This document shows positions 1-13,399 of a stretch of DNA of 64,000 nucleotides, one piece after another (the stretch's first letter is position 1; each line of letters begins with the position of its first letter). Origin of the DNA: Psammoneis japonica (Eukaryota); assembly GCA_008632985.1 (NCBI GenBank), contig QPGO01000009.1, positions 310,001-374,000 on the forward strand, given 5' to 3'. Both the position numbers and the translations under genes were made by a program. The notes beneath the pieces were generated by a model that worked only from the letters and a program-made list of their open reading frames with translations, was not told the origin of the DNA and did not search any database.

Positions 1-464
1 ATGAGGTGCCAGCAGATGAACAGTTGGATTGAAAACTGTAAGACGAAAGGAACAAGGACAAATGTGACATTTTAAGAGCTTTACAACCATCTAATTTTGA
101 TTGGAAGGAGAGGCTACAACCTTTCGCTGTGGTTTCAAGGCAACGAAGCCATCAGGGGGCGAATAGTTCAGCTCTCCATGGATGAAAAGAATTCTAGATT
201 ACAGCCTTGTTCACCACAGAAGCAGCTCCCTACTCGAGCACAAAGAAGGACTCGTTCATCCAAACGCCAACATTTTCCTTGGTTGACCCACCAGTTCGGA
301 AACGATGGCATTCGAGTCACTCGGAAAATCGACCATCACTACCTTTACGGGCATCAAACTTTTGTATTGCTCGCCGCTGGCTGGTTGAAGCAACAAATGG
401 CCCGAAACCCAAATAGATCCACTCATTGACAGCCTTTAGTAGAGATTGCGTGATGCCTACTTTG

Positions 465-1353
465 TTAACCGATAGCTTGGGCATGTCGCTCTGATGCTTG
501 ACGCGAAATGTGATTTTTTGACTTGCTGCTATCCTCCTCCCGAGATTCCACCAAATAGTGAGACACTACATTGTTTGACACCACGGGATAAACGGCGAGA
601 GCCTCTTGACAACCTCCAAACAAAGAGTAAACAATTGTTCCAAAGTCATCATGATTTGAGGGCAGCGGACTATCACGTTTCTGGCAGGAATTGCTGGATG
701 CTTTCCGATGCGCATAGGCGGCATTTGCATAGACCACTTGATACGGATGCTCAGCTTGCATTAATAGTCTACGATAAACAATAGAATACAAATTATAGTT
801 TGGAATGCACGGTTCGGTCGAATGAAAAAAGAATGAAGCCGTATCTTTGAACGTACCTTGGCAATCGCGTAAAGGAGAGGGTATCTTCGAGTTCCAAGTA
901 TCCACCGAGCGTCATTCCTGGAAAATGTAATGGTAAATCTCTATTGATGTGACTTTGCTTCTTGCTGTAGATTTGTTGTGATGTCGAAGAGTGCTCTAAA
1001 TATTCCGACAAGAGTTGCGGAATCTCTCGCAGCAAGACCTCTGGAGACGAAAAGATCTGTTGCCTCGGTGATTGGAAGGAACGACTGCGTACAACTTTTG
1101 TCAAAGTCAAGTCGATTTCTGGATGCACATGGCGCCGTTTCCTCTTTTGTCTCGTCATAATTTTCTCAGAGACATGTTTCTCACAAAAGCTTTCGTCTTG
1201 TTCGTCATCGCCATGGTATCCCGCCTCTTCAACAGTGGTATCCAGCGTGTTCTGTGAGGGATCCAACTCCCGAACATGCCGTTGCTCTCTACCAAATGTT
1301 TCCTCGTTTCTTGCATTCATATTAATTATCGTCTCGCGGTATTGTTCTTCCAT
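465..1353 (-). CDS. Hypothetical protein, two exons (1353-857, 768-465), C-terminal PAS-like segment
   Basis: ORFs 793..1353 and 465..905 join in frame through a GT(ACG)...(TCGT)AG intron at ~856-769, giving ...LSFTRLPRLLMQAEHPYQVVYANAAY. Confidence 0.5.
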
Positions 1354-1802
1354 TGTTAAGACGGCAGAGTTTGACGTGCGTCTCCGGCAATTGTGAAGAA
1401 GAAATCAATCACCTGTTCCTGTTGACCATGTCGCAAAGTGATGTGTGGAATGATGGCACATCAAAAAAAAGTGTGGCGAAATCGAATGAATCAGAGGTGT
1501 CGACGTCACTTATGGCTTTGACGTAAGCACGAAATAGTCATTGACCTGCACGCGCGCAACGTGGCAGAAAATCTCTCTCACGTACTGCAAGTACGTACAA
1601 ATTGAAGCAGATGGATTCGACCACTGGTTGAAGTTCAAAAGGTACTTAACAACTCAAATTATAAGATGTGTACATACCTATAGTTTATATGATGTTAGGG
1701 CAATGTAAGAAAGCCGTCCGCACGCCGTCCGACGACGATCGACGCCTCTCATTTTTTCGGCACTTTTGATTTTGAGCGACGCGTGGAGGCGCAAACATCA
1801 CC

Positions 1803-3191
1803 ATGATGTGGAAGCACTGCGACGACGTTTCAGTGTTGCTGATAATAACCATAGCTTTATGCTTTCGACCTACTAATGGATGGAGCGCTTCTTCTTGCGG
1901 TTGTTCCAGAAGCAGAAGGAGCGGAATACATTATTCTCGCCCACCATACCGACCACGCAATGGCAAAAGCGTGATTGACGAAGAAGATGACTACTTCGAG
2001 CCTGACTACCGAAATGGTTATCGTGATGATGATAGACGAGAGTACTGGTCGCAACAACAAGAAGAAGCGTATGACAAACCCGGGGCATATAATGTTCGAT
2101 TCAGTGACTACTACGATGAATCTCAGGACGAAATCAAATGGGAATTGTGTGATGACGGCTCAACATGGGTAGTACACCCTCCGACCCATGTGGATATTCC
2201 GACTGCAGTCATCCATTTTGTGGGTGGAACGTTTTTCGGGTCTACTCCAAATATGTGGTACAAGACTCTCTTGGAAGAAGTTGTCAAGGCCACACAGTGC
2301 ACTGTGGTTGCTACGCCCATTCCCGTCACTTTGCTCAAGAATCCGCTACGACACGTATCTCTGTGTCGCAAACTGCAGCGACAGTTTCAATCCGCGTACA
2401 TGAATGTCCTGTCGGATGAATATGAACCAGAAGTTCTGACGCAGGTACCCATTGTTGGCATGGGTCACAGTTTGGGCGCACGACTCTTGACTGTTCTGGC
2501 AACACTTGCCGACAAGCCGTCCGTCATGATTCCACCGCATCAAGCGTACATTCTCATGAGTTTCAACAATTTCGGCGCTTCCGTAAGCGTTCCTGGGATA
2601 CAATCACTCTTGAAGAGAAGCAAGGAATTAGAAGATGGTGACGACGATGACAGACCCCAGAGAAGAAAACGACGACAAAGGGCGGATTACTATGATGATT
2701 TTTACGATGATGAATACGAGGAGGTTGACGATGAGGAGTGGGAAGAATTAATGGAAGAATTGCAAGACTCTCTCAAAGAGCAAGCAGAGCGGGTCAAGAA
2801 TGCCTTGACACCCAATTCGGACGATTTAGAATTTCATCCCACACCGGATCAACTATGGGAAGCATTGAAAACAGACAAACGATACCGGATACCAAAAACA
2901 CTGGTTGTTCACTTTAAAGACGACAAGGTCGATCAGAGCCCACGGCTTGCCGATTGCCTCTTGCAAACAAACACGTCCGACGTCAAGTATGCCTTTTTGA
3001 AAGGAAACCATCTAACACCCATTTCGGCAGACGGCGAGCTGGGCTGGAGTCAATGGTTAAAGTTTCCAGCCAGGGCGTCCAAGGCGCTATCTCGATGGGT
3101 ACGGAGAGGCTCTCGCCGAGAACCTTCGGGTGCCATGCGTGATTTGAGACAAAGCGTTGCAAGATACATTACCGACGTGGTTACAAAATAA
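1803..3191 (+). CDS. DUF1350-like alpha/beta-hydrolase with N-terminal signal peptide
   Basis: 462-aa intact ORF; PTAVIHFVGGTFFGS motif, GMGHSLG nucleophile elbow, late GNHLTP His motif. Confidence 0.8.
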   Translation: MMWKHCDDVSVLLIITIALCFRPTNGWSASSCGCSRSRRSGIHYSRPPYRPRNGKSVIDEEDDYFEPDYRNGYRDDDRREYWSQQQEEAYDKPGAYNVRFSDYYDESQDEIKWELCDDGSTWVVHPPTHVDIPTAVIHFVGGTFFGSTPNMWYKTLLEEVVKATQCTVVATPIPVTLLKNPLRHVSLCRKLQRQFQSAYMNVLSDEYEPEVLTQVPIVGMGHSLGARLLTVLATLADKPSVMIPPHQAYILMSFNNFGASVSVPGIQSLLKRSKELEDGDDDDRPQRRKRRQRADYYDDFYDDEYEEVDDEEWEELMEELQDSLKEQAERVKNALTPNSDDLEFHPTPDQLWEALKTDKRYRIPKTLVVHFKDDKVDQSPRLADCLLQTNTSDVKYAFLKGNHLTPISADGELGWSQWLKFPARASKALSRWVRRGSRREPSGAMRDLRQSVARYITDVVTK

Positions 3192-3305
3192 AAAAAGACA
3201 TAGATTCTGTTGTGAAAGAGAAGAGGAAACCGATTGCATTTTGAACAGCATTAGCATCCAACACTTGCGTGACTATGGCAAATGGAGCGACTCTTGAAAA
3301 AGTTT

Positions 3306-4560
3306 TTAGCGTTTTCTGTTTTTCAGTGCTCTTGCCCCCTTCTGATTCTTGACCTTTTCTACTTGTTCCGTTGTCGGCAGCTGTGTCAGCTGATCAAAGG
3401 CCAAACCGCCTACGGTAAAGGTTTTCGTTGCCCACAAGACTGGAGGCTGACCTCTTTCCATGGCTTTAAATACGGCAACCACTGCGAGAACGGCATTAAT
3501 GGCATAGACCGTTCCCAAACCTATTGAAAAAAGCACGGGCGAACGGGTGAGAAAAGTATTTTGTATTATACGGAAAACATTTCGACCTGTGTTGTACGTA
3601 CCTCCTTGAAAGCAGTTTCGGAGTGGTGTAGGAAGATTTGTTAAAGGAAAACCAGGGTATTCTACAAAGCCATGAGAGCAATGGCCAAGGCACCGACAAA
3701 GTGCCCAACCTGAAGCGGACCGGTGGGAATGCCCAAGAAGGGTTTTGCACGTTCACCCAACAGCGCCTCGACCGTGCCATACTCTTCGTCTTCGAAAAAG
3801 GAATCGTCAGCATCAATGTAGGGGTTTGTCTCCAGCAACTATGCAGAGAAAAAAGCGCTATTTGTCAGACTCTCACGGGAAAAGCATAGATTTTGCAGCC
3901 CCATCACAAACCTACCTTGTTGAAGGCTTTTGTATCACTTCGCTTAATCTTTGGCTTCTGCGCCATCTTTTCGTCTTCTAGTTTTTGTAAAGCTAATTCC
4001 AACTCTTTCGACTTGCTCAGCTCCTTCATATCCGGCAGTTCACCGCCTGTTCCAAAACTTCCTCATTGTCCATCTCGTCAAAGCCTGCAGTAGGAACACA
4101 CGTGAGCATCTTTTCGGGTACAACACACCATGGATCTAAACAGTAACTTTTTTGGCGACTCACTCATGACGTCTTCTGCATCAAACGAGACCTTGGCGTC
4201 AGGATCAAACTTAAAGTCAGCCACATCTTGCAAATCCTTTGGCATGGCTCCTACTTTCTTTGCGGGAGGAGGGGAGTGGACGTTTCAGGTTCCGACATTG
4301 TCGCTTCCGATTTGGTTTCAACTACAGCTTCTGCCTTTAGCGGGTTCCTCTGTAGCTTCTGCTGTCGGAGGAGCAGCAGTAGTGGGTGTCGCATCGGGTA
4401 GTTTCTTTCTCCGTCTTCTCTTTTTCTTGGCAGCCTCCACCACCAGCAAATTACGACGAGATTGCACGGGCGAGAAACCTTGGTGCGGCAATCCAGGAGC
4501 AAATGCATTGCACCAAGACGACAGTACCAACAACAAACAATCAACCTGACCGAATCATTT
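3306..4560 (-). CDS. Conserved hypothetical membrane protein, probably plastid-targeted, multi-exon, with apparent frameshifts
   Basis: Signal peptide plus WCNA-FAP (ASAFAP-like) in ORF 4318..4536; later exons read FLGIPTGPLQVGHFVGALAIALM and LGTVYAINAVLAVVAVFKAMERGQPPVLWATKTF. Confidence 0.55.
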
Positions 4561-5224
4561 GTCAAATAAAATTCAATGAAATAACGTTCAAACAAGCAGT
4601 CTTCCGTTGTCAATTGTTTGCAATCAACATCTCTTCGCACCTTGTCACTTTGCTTTGCTTTTGCACCTCGTAACTCGTCGCTTTCACTTCCACGCGCAAA
4701 CACGTCAGCGCCTTCCCGCGCATTTTTTACTTCCGCACACAGGCCAGACATTCCGATTTGCTCGACTGATTCGAGACTTGAATCCGAACCCTTACATGAT
4801 GCTGACGTAGCGACTTGACATCTCCGATTGATTTTACGTCATCACGTTCGTCATTTCCGATCAAGGGTTCTCCACTAACAACTTACTTATCATTTCAGAA
4901 CGAAAAGAAGGTTCTACTTTCTGATTTGACTAAACCGACAGTGCGCAAGAATTACGCACCTTGCGAATAGCATCACAGTTCAACTCTTCATTCCTAAGGT
5001 GACGATTGGCTGACGTTTCTGACCAATTGTTCCATTCAACCAACCCGGATATATCATTAAATGTTCGGCAGGCGGCTTCAACAGATGGATGTGCTGACTG
5101 TTGCCACCTCACCCTTTCTGATTTTGATTCGTTTTTTCCATCATCTTTTTCATCACCGCCTTTTCATCATCACAAACAAGACAAACGTCGTACCAACAAA
5201 CACACAAAAGAGTATCATAAAATA

Positions 5225-5656
5225 ATGGAGACACGAAAGCAAACCAACAGCATGGTGGAACTACGCTCGAACAAGCGTTCCGGAGAGGAACTGATTGACA
5301 CACGAGATACTACTACGAAGAAGCAACTACGAGGAAGCAAGAGACGACGAATCGTCGTCGTGGAGGACCAAGTTGAAGTTACTACACCACCCGAACCAGT
5401 AATTCCCGAGCGCCATTCATCCCAATCACCGCATGGAGTGGATGAAGAAGTCACCATGTCCTACGCCACATTATACAACGAAATGAACATGTACACTCAG
5501 ATACTGGACGACTGCCGACCCTTTTACAGGTTTCAAGACGAGTCGTCGTCTCCATCTCTATCCTTTTCGCTGCCACCTCGATTGGACGATGCTCTGGAGG
5601 AGGCGCGGTCTCGATCGAGCTCGGATGTTTCGGAAGAAGATGCTTCGGTATGGTAA
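5225..5656 (+). CDS. Hypothetical low-complexity protein
   Basis: ATG at 5225 after an A-rich leader inside ORF 5006..5656; no recognisable domain. Confidence 0.3.
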   Translation: METRKQTNSMVELRSNKRSGEELIDTRDTTTKKQLRGSKRRRIVVVEDQVEVTTPPEPVIPERHSSQSPHGVDEEVTMSYATLYNEMNMYTQILDDCRPFYRFQDESSSPSLSFSLPPRLDDALEEARSRSSSDVSEEDASVW

Positions 5657-6125
5657 GAATGTTTGCATTTTTCTTCTTTCTCTGGTTGTGTTTAGAGTTG
5701 CAACGATTGTTGTACATGCACGCTAACTCGTCGTCTTGCTCGTTCGCGCGTAGACACGACAGTAGGTGCTTGAGGAAACGCTACGTACCGTGTCAAGTGG
5801 TTCCATGTGCCTATGGGTAGAGCCCGGTAACCAGTAACGGTTCATAAAATAGATATCAATGTATCCATTGAAACTAGAGGTGTTTGGTATTATCGTGCCG
5901 AGGTTTGGTTACATGTGCAGGACTGCACGCCATCTGCACGAACATGATAAAGCTTGTGCACTTGATCTCTGTCGGATACATACTGTAGTGTAGCTATCTG
6001 TTTGAGCTTGAAGATTCTCGCCGATAGTCTAAACGTGGCGCGGCTGCAGCCCACAATATGAAAACAAATGGTACTTTCCTTCTTTAGACGTCGCTCAACA
6101 ACGTTTCTCAACGCCGTAGACCACA

Positions 6126-7087
6126 CTAGTACCTAAAGTAAGGTCCTAAGGGAAATGTCAAGACAACGCTCCGGATTCGAACCTGACCTCGTGAGTATAA
6201 AGCCGTAGCTGTTTGTGACCAAAAGGCGGTGCAACATAACAACAGTCGAGTGCATCTCTTAGGGCCATGTTGCATGACGTACTCGAGAAACTCCAACTCC
6301 AATCCACAGTCCTTACAGCACGCTCCAAAGACTGCCATGTCTGACTCGACTTGCTCAAAGCTACGGGGCAAGTGTCGCTGCGATTCCAATACAAAATCCA
6401 CCTGTCCCTTGACGTGATGCCCCCAATTTCGACCAAACCCACCCGGTCGACTCTTGTTGCCCTTGATCCAAATGACAAAGTCATGGCAAGCAGATGCACT
6501 CCCTTCTACAACGACAATACCGGGATAGCCTGGTTTGAGATAGCCACCGAGCGACAAATCGCGAGCTTCTTGCACAATGCTCCTCAGTCTGCCTTTATCG
6601 ACAATGTGGTGACAACAAATCCAACGCCTGCCAAAGCCAGAGTGTTCCTCCACAATCTCTTCCATTTTTTTGTTCTCTACTTTGGTGTCGTATTTTTCCT
6701 TAATATCGGAACAATGTCTTGTAATTCCTGAATCACTTGCAGTACAGCCTCGCCTCCGACAAGAGCCTCGGCTTTGGTCGTCAAGATGGCAGACAGCTCT
6801 TGACGAGCCGCTCTCGACAAGCCCTTGATGAAAATGACAGCGACACGTAAAGGGCGTTCTTCTGGATACCCAGGAACCAACGAGAACTGCATTTTGGCAT
6901 GGTCAAGAGATAGCTCCAGGTCGAGCTGTGGTATTGTTGTTGTTGTTTCAGTGGAATTGAGGTTCTCCACAAGGGATTGCGCGTGTCGTAACGCGGATGG
7001 ACTCTTGACGACAAGATCTTGTTCATAAATTGCTTGGAGAACTTCAATCTCTTCCAATGCCCTCCCGAGGGATTCTTCGAGATTCAT
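6126..7087 (-). CDS. RWD-domain protein (RWDD2A/B-like), split by a frameshift or stop near 6670
   Basis: N-part EEIEVLQAIY...LVPGYPEERP (RWD); C-part RRWICCHHI...LGGYLKPGYPGIVVVEG (RWDD2 C-terminal domain). Confidence 0.7.
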
Positions 7088-7189
7088 AATAGTCGAAGGC
7101 AAAACAGTTCAAGGGAGCGACAATAGACTGTGCACATACGATAACTGTTACAATGGGGTTGTCGGTTGTGAGCGGCGAGTGGTGGGTTC

Positions 7190-7962
7190 AGTGCGGGTGA
7201 AATGATCGCACGGATGCGGGTGATCACGCACACCCTGCGCAGGGAGAATTCACACGAGTGATCACACGGGTGAATTTGTGCTGGTTTACTCCGCAAGGTG
7301 CACGGGTGAATTTGCACTGGTTTACTGCGTAGAATTCACGTGGGTGAATTCACGTGGGTGAATTCACACGGGTAAATTTGCACTGGTTTACTGCGTACGG
7401 TAGAATTCACACGGGTGAATTCGCACTGGTTTACTGCGTAGAATTCTCGAGAGTAAACTCACACGGGTGAATTTGCACTGGTTTACTGCGCAGAATTCAC
7501 GCGGGTGAATTCACACGGGTGAATTTGCACTGGTTTACTGCGTAGAATTCACACGGGTGAATTCGCACTGGTTTACTGCGTAGAATTCACGCGGTGGAAT
7601 TCACATGGGTGAATTTGCACTGGTTTACTGCATAGAATTCACACGGGTGAATTCACACGGGTGAATTCGCTCTGGTTTACTGCGTAGAATTCACGCGAGT
7701 GAACTCACACGGGTGAATTCACACGGGTGAATTTGCACTGGTTTACTGCGTAGAATTCACGCGGGGGAATTCACACGGGTGAATTTGCACTGGTTTACTG
7801 CGTAGAATTCACGCGGGGGAATTCGCACTGGTTTACTGCGTAGAATTCACACGGGTGAATTCGCTCTGGCTTACTGCGTAGAATTCACGCGAGTGAACTC
7901 ACACGGGTGAATTCACACGGGTGAATTTGCATTGGTTTACTGCGTAGAATTCACGCGGGGAA
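7190..7962. repeat. Composite minisatellite of a 14-bp unit (GAATTCACACGGGT) and a 24-bp unit (GAATTTGCACTGGTTTACTGCGTA)
   Basis: Units directly visible and interleaved in variable order; no unique spacers. Confidence 0.95.
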
Positions 7963-8136
7963 TTGTGTTTGATTTGTGGCGAGAAATGTCTGTCGCACTC
8001 GTGTGGTCTCATGTCGGCATTTTGTGACTAACACCGACCCATGCTTTGATTTTGTTCATTCATTTCGTCTCTTTACCCACACTTCTTGGATTAAATCATT
8101 ACTTTATAGCAACAAAAAGATTGCTCTGTCTTGGAC

Positions 8137-9130
8137 ATGCCTTCGGTGGGAAATCGCGATGCTTTGTTTAGCGGTGTGTCATCAGGAGGGCAGGAACTCG
8201 CGCTGCATCATCAACAGCATCAACAACTCGCCCCACGAGTCAATCAACAGCCGAAAAACCAAAAACATCCGGTTCTGGCTACATGTACGACGAGCATCGC
8301 AAACAGGCTGAAAAGCTCATGCAACGCGGTGTTTTTTTCCAAACCCGATCCGGTCGCCGCCAGCATGTATTACAAGCGTGCCGCCGAAGCCTATATGCAG
8401 TGTGGTGAAGTACGTTTGGAAAGAATCCATCGCATTGCTTCGGCGGATTGTCAAGAACGACAAGGAGCGTATGCGACCACGGCGGCGGACTATGTGCGTG
8501 CTGCCGAGCTTGTGGAGGAATCGAATGAAGTGACTTTGGAAGAACAACGGAACGAAGCGTCTCGATTGTAATTGCAAGCATCCGAGAATTTTACGCAAAT
8601 GAATGAAACCGCCAAGCTGGTAAATACAGAATCAAGGCAGCCATGGCGTGGACGTATGGTGACGATTCTGACGTGTTGTCAAATGCAACACTGTTCGTAG
8701 CACTGGATCGTGGGTGCGTGAAGAAGAGTTGGATTCGCCAATGTTCCGGTAAAGTCCAAGTAGAAGTAACTGTCAATTGGGAGCTTCTGCATTGGCCACT
8801 CCGACAGTGGCTGACTTGGATGGGGAAGATGTCTCTCGACTTGTTAGTTGGTACCAGTATGTGCATGGTTTCATAATCTATGCACATAACCTTTACAATC
8901 GAGACGGATGGCCCATCCAGCTCAAAAATCCGGCGGAATCGCGCATTCTTGTGGAAGATGTTGCTAGTGAGACAAACCTTGAGGTCTTTGGGAGACGTAG
9001 GCGGTGACGGAGTATTTGATATGGTTGTTGTCTTATGTATCGGAGAGCCCTCCACCAGCATTACTACGTGTTTGCCCTTTCCGTAGCAACTGGGCAAGAT
9101 CTCTTGCGAAGTTTCCTCGGCCTCTCTTCG
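8137..9130 (+). pseudogene. Gamma-SNAP-like (NSF attachment protein family) gene, disrupted
   Basis: FFSKPDPVAASMYYKRAAEAY...ASADCQERQGAYATTAADYVRAAEL resembles SNAP helical repeats; in-frame TAA at 8569-8571 and further shifts. Confidence 0.45.
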
Positions 9131-10639
9131 TGGATTTGCATGGCGACAACAGCCACTTGACGTCGTATCTGCGTCGTAGTGGTACCACCTACCAAAAGCC
9201 CTCAGCCCTCGGTCGAAATGAGTGGCAAACACCCAGTTCCCAGACCATCGGACCCGACCTTTACATTATTGAGGCGCGTTCAGGATGCATCCAGACCGTC
9301 GGAAGTTGGAGACCACAATGCCAAGACCACGGTTCAGGTGGAACAAAACGTCGTAAGGAAGTAAATAATTTATTTTACTAGAGAGCTAGCGCAGTAACAC
9401 CTCGACGAGAAACTTCCAATTACATCGTCTATTACATCGATTCTGTAGATTGGTGGGTAGACTGTCGCATGCTGGGATGAGCCACATTCTCTTGATTTGC
9501 CGTCATCGCGGGGCCATCGGGATGAGTCGACGGCACAGCCAAGGGGGGGGGAACCTTGAACGTGGTAATGCGGATGTCTTTATGAATAGAAACAAAACAA
9601 AACAGAAGAATTAGAAACAAGCAACAAAAGAAGGAGATTCAAGCAACAAGCACTTACGGCGGCACCCAAACAACGGGAACAAAACCAGGAACAAAGCCAG
9701 GAGCAACAACGGGAATGGTGGGATGCTGTCGTTTCTTCATTTCCTCTTTTCTCTTCCTCTTTACGTTGCTTTGCCTTCCTTCTCTGACAACAAGTGCTGT
9801 TGCACTCTCTCTTCTTTGCTTTCCTCTCCGCTTCCTCTCTTTGGAACTTTAACTTCTGGCAGCAAATGAAAGCTCTCTTCATGAAGGGTCCACACATTTG
9901 CCTTCCCATCCTTTCTGCCATTTGTGCTGTCAACCTGCAATGGTTTTCATGTGCAGAAGCTGCCGCAACAAGATCCTTGCAATCAACAAACCATGAAGCT
10001 CAGTGCTGCACCAAATGTGCAAAAGAGTGCGGGTGGATGATTCCAGCAGCTCTTGTGTTTGGCCATGCACAGCACCTCCTCCAAAGTGACTCCAAGACCC
10101 CATCAGGCACTGCTTCCATCAAGTCTGAGTGATGTGTTGCAGCCACCGCAAGGCCATGATGCAAGTGCTCCTCTTGCTGGGAATCCTGCTGTGGCCCCAA
10201 TTGATGCACCAGCACTCTTGTTGTGATTTCATTGAAAAACTGAAACAAGAATGTTTTTTTTAGGCAGCATTCACTGTTTGGATTCTCTTGTTCAAATTGT
10301 TTGGGAACAAAAGACCCAACTTTGCATTTTTCCACCTTTGCCACCTTTGATGGATGCCAAAGACAGAGGCTTCACTGAAGAAGGAGGTTTGGTGATGCTT
10401 CAACAGAAGCTGGATTTTGACTGCTCTCCCTTGCTCTTGGCAGATGAGTGAGCATCAGATCCAAAAGACAGCATTGTTTTGAATCCCTTCTTTCCTCCCT
10501 TGTCATTGGAGGAGGATTCATGGGACCCCTTCTTTCCTCCCTTGCTCTTGGAAGAAGAGCCTGGGGATTCCTTCTTTCCTCCCTTGCCCTCAAAGGAGGA
10601 TGATCCCTTCTTTCCACCCTTGGATCTGCTCTTGCTCTC

Positions 10640-12613
10640 AGCATTCTGCCACAGAATCTTGAAGCTTTTTGCTCATCATTGCCTTGGCCAACGCATGAGC
10701 CTCATTGTCCTGCAACACTCAACACAAAAGGAAAAGTGAGACCCACCGCCAAATGGAAGAAAGACGTCATGCAAAGGTTGTTCGCAGGCACACTTGCCTC
10801 CTTCTTTTGCTTCTCCTTTCTGCACTTCTTTGCAATCTTCTCATCTTCTTCCTCCTCCATTTCTTTGGCAGCATCGTCACTCTCTTGCTTGTTCTCGCTC
10901 TCTTGTTTTACAGAATTGTCGTCCATGGAAGTGTCCTCTTCATCTGCCAAAGATGCACTGGATTCAACTGCTTGTCCATTCTCAAGGCGATCTGCTTCTT
11001 CTGCGCACGCTGGCTTGCATCCTTCCTCTTCAAATCTGCCCATGGTGACAAATGCGGAGGCAACTTGGCAGCGACTCCACACTTGGCAATGGGCAACAAA
11101 AACATGAAGTTGGCACAATCCACAATCCATTGGGGCTGACGCATTCCCGAGAAGCGGGCAGCTTGTCACAGCTTGACAGCAGCTTGGGACGATCCACAAC
11201 ATGATGTGCAATGGCCGGATCAGAGGCATCTGGAGAACTCTCTGGGCCCTCCCAGCCAACTCGTCCACCAAACAACAGACAAACCAGCTCCACATGTCCC
11301 CCAGGCACTTCCCTCAACAAAAAGAAGATGAGGCCCGCAAACAAGTTCTGTCATTTCTTGGCATCTTCATCGAGGATGACAGAGGCTTTTCCGCCCACGT
11401 TGCTGTTGTTTGCTTGGCAATGCTCTCTAGAGCAGCCTTGAGTGGTGCTCCAATTTCTTCATCATTGTCCTAGTCTTCTGATTCATCTTGACTGTCGTCC
11501 TCATTTGCAAGCTTGTTGAGAGCGACATCCACCATTTGAATGAGCTCCTTGTTCTTTCTCGTTTGTTGCTTGTTGTTTGGCTTGGTCTCCTTTTGCTGTT
11601 GCTGAATGGATTTGCTCACAACCTTGGTGCCAACCACTCCACCGGTTCACGCTGAGTCTAGCGCATTCGTGAGAGACTTGAGATGCAAGGCCAAGACAGA
11701 ACTTGCACTTCCCGGAGCAGATGTTGACTCAGGTTCCGGAGGGTGTTGCACTCGTCCAATGTCATTGCAGAGCTTGAAGAGAACAAAACTCAAGAGTGTT
11801 TCATGAAACTCGAAAAAGGTCAACATGACGCGACAGTCAACATTGGACGGCATGTTTTGTGCAAATGCATGAGGGACAACCCAACGGACACAATTGGGTT
11901 GACTGGCATTTCCACCGACAATGGAAGCTTCAAGGTGCATGCCCTTGACCAACATGAAGGATTTGGTGACACTGCAAGTGGTGGAACAGCAGGCTCCCCA
12001 TGTGGCTGCCAGTGCTTTGCCTTGTTTGTGATCTGCAGTTTGATCCGGCCTTGACTGGGTGGGCTTGCAAACAAGTGCACTGGCATCAAAGCATTGTCCA
12101 GGTCTTCTGGAGCATCCACAAAACGCGGGTGATGTTCACGCACCAAGTGGTGAAGGTCATGCGTTGGAGCGAGGGCGTGACGATGAGCCGCCTCATCCTT
12201 TTCATTCTGACCAGTGGCTTTTCGAACCCACTCTTACAACAAAAATGAGTTGAGCACACGTCAGCAACTCCACAACCATGACTCCCAAAACTTCTCGAGA
12301 ATTGGTTCACAATGTGCAATCACATGAACGTCCTTGATGTGGCAAAGTGGACTTGCCCCTTTTTGTTTCCCGGAGCACGGCCACAAGGTTCTCGGGGGTA
12401 GACAGCCTTGAGGATGCACAAGCGACAGAAATCCTTCAACGACAACTGCAACTTTTTAAGACATGCCGATCTTCCAACAAAGGTGGCATCCAGTCTGGAC
12501 TTGTCCTTTTGCTGCTTCTTTCCCATGCGAGAAAGCTTGTGCTTGCTGCCCATGCCCGAGTGGGCGGCGGCCTTGATGGACTTCTTCACTTTGCCCTTGA
12601 TGCGGTTGCCCAT
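10640..12613 (-). pseudogene. PES1: Pescadillo/Nop7 homolog pseudogene (N-terminal domain and BRCT), heavily mutated
   Basis: [84 protein letters not shown]...QWIVDCAN...LPPHLSPW; AKAMMSKK; many frameshifts. Confidence 0.85.
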
Positions 12614-13399
12614 GATTCAATGCACCTTGGCTGTGATTGTGCGGGAGAGGTTCGTGCACGAGTCATTGCAGATGTTGCTTTCAGCTCTGCAACATTGTCA
12701 AACACTGATTGAATGATGCTTTGGTCCTCGTGATCTTCAAATCTCGCAATCTGATCATTGGAGGTGCAACAGCCAGCTGGAAGTGGCCACTGGCTGCTGA
12801 GAGATGTTGGTGGATGGCAGCAAATGGGTGATGAGCTGTTCACCACTGAAAGGAGTGACAGCCACTCCCTCCAACCTCACCTCTGACAATGCCGCTGTCA
12901 CTCCCTGTGTTGCTCCCACTGGCCAAACTCCTGTCCTCAACCTGAAGCCCTCCTCCACAGAACTCTTCACTTTAATCCTCATGCCCTCAGTGAAGCCCCC
13001 ACACAAAGATCCCCCCTGAAACCAGCACTTCATCCTGCAATGGTCAAAACAAGAGATGGCATCTTGTCCCATGCCGCCACTCAGGAGCAACAAGCCTGTG
13101 CCTTGATTTAAATTGTCCTGACATGGCGCAGTTTCCCAAATCAAAAAACACATGGTTCTCACCAAAGATGAAAAATGAGGCAAAAATGAGTGAGCAAATG
13201 GTTGTGCAACATGTCTGTGCATGAGCTCCACAACAACATGTTGAAGCCTGTGGGCTCGGTGGATTTGAAATGCCCATGATGCCAATGGCAAGAACCTCAT
13301 TGGCGACACCATGTTTTGCTTTTTGATTCCCAAGCAATGTCCAAAAATGAGCACCAGTCAATGCAGCTTGTGTCAATGCAGTGGTTGCACAAATGCACA

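Noticed and set aside
7190..7962. CRISPR-like array
   Set aside because: No unique spacers, only permutations of two units; eukaryotic context; no cas genes.
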